From contig NC_068986.1 of assembly GCF_001194135.2 (NCBI RefSeq), positions 90,646,512-90,679,026 on the forward strand: a stretch of 32,515 nucleotides of DNA. The letters run 5' to 3'. Both the position numbers and the translations under genes were made by a program. Within the stretch, counting starts at the first letter, position 1, and the number at the start of each line of letters is the position of its first letter. The DNA is from Octopus bimaculoides (lineage: Eukaryota). This document shows, piece after piece, positions 31,404 through 32,515 of this stretch. The notes under the pieces were generated by a model. It worked only from the letters and a program-made list of their open reading frames with translations. It made no database searches and had not been told where the DNA came from.

Positions 31404-32434
31404 CTCTGATATTTCTGTCTGGTAAGTTTCGCATGGAATTTTCGAACACAAGAATGCGGACTTGTACAAATTGTAGTTGGCTATTTAGTTTGGAGCAGAT
31501 TCTTGTGGGGTAAGCGAAAGAAATAATCTAAGCAGTCAACAATGTAGGATAAGTGAAAGAAACAATCTGAATAGTCAACATATACGTATGTACGCGTGTA
31601 TGTACGAGCTCATAAAAGAGTATGTTCATGAGTTTTTAATGTAGACGAAAAATAATATTGAAGAGAATATATTAATTTATTTCGACACGTTGCTATTACA
31701 TTTTTCGCGGGCACGAATTTGATAACAAAAAACAAAAAACAAAAAAATGAAAACAGCATCGGAGTAACGATTCTAATAAATAAATGAAGTTGTGGATTTT
31801 TAGATATCTCTGTATAAGTAGAAGCAGTGTTTTAGCTAATATAATGAAACACGGTCTCCATGTTATTATATGTTTTTAGCATTTATTTAATTGACACCAT
31901 AAACACTTAAAAATACGGAACATCGAATTTTATTTAACAGTGTTTCAGTCCATCAGTGACATATTTCCGCCAGCTTCCGTATATATGTTTTAACCTACAA
32001 ACTGAAAAGAAAAACGTCCAATAAATATTAAGCGTATTCATCAGAGAAAGCAACATTAGTCAAAATGCTAAAGAATCTCTTGAACTTTATCAGGATAAAA
32101 TATAAGCTTGAGAACTAATGACAACTCTAGACAAGAAAATTTTGACAAATTAAGTGTACGAATCTCTGGTACAATGGGCTGGAAATTCGACAATTGTATA
32201 TTGTAGATGCTGACTGTAATCGCTCGCTAAGGATGATTAGAAACACGAAATCCAATTATCAAAGGAGAGGTTCACGAAAAGAAGTCTAAAATCAAACATA
32301 TTTGAAAATCATGAATATGGGCGAACGAAATTGTTTGTACAAATTATATGTACACAGAAACGCGTATCAATTAATTCAGATTATGAATCAATATAATAGC
32401 AGAGACTGATTCGTTACATCTTGCATTCTATGGA

Positions 32435-32442
32435 TATATATA

Positions 32443-32515
<73 letters not shown>
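32435..32515. repeat. (CATA)n/(TA)n microsatellite
   Basis: Direct reading of the sequence. Confidence 0.95.

Noticed and set aside
1-32515. Prokaryotic features (CRISPR arrays, operons, rRNA)
   Set aside because: The sequence is eukaryotic; no repeat-spacer array or rRNA-like region was seen.

Overview
AT-rich, repeat-saturated eukaryotic genomic DNA with seven N gaps (4898-5032, 9263-9795, 11686-11959, 12419-12668, 15532-16020, 20480-20924, 23631-23985). The repeat mix (tRNA-derived SINEs, RTE, R4/Dong and Penelope retroelements, dense CA/TA/CATA microsatellites) looks like a coleoid cephalopod, probably Octopus; this is inference, not verified. No intact transposase or RT ORF is present. 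Decayed elements include a near-full-length DD34D mariner, a mariner MITE, an internally deleted ITm element, a Tigger/pogo fragment, a Chapaev3-like CMC element, a Helitron fragment, four RTE pieces, four R4/Dong-like pieces, two CR1/L2 pieces, Penelope-like pieces and several SINEs. Four things stand out. (1) A Penelope GIY-YIG 3' end is followed by a tRNA-like Pol III promoter and a minimal, helix-III-less hammerhead ribozyme motif (16765-17331, minus). (2) A second type I hammerhead motif has an extended stem II (1762-1842). (3) An 825-bp foldback element has perfect 27-bp TIRs and a head-to-head TTAGGG/CCCTAA core (18858-19682). (4) A spliced minus-strand gene model (exons 7079-7058, 4768-4684, 3975-3853) encodes a signal-peptide-like N-terminus and a six-cysteine module. 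All family assignments come from motif recognition by eye; no searches were run.
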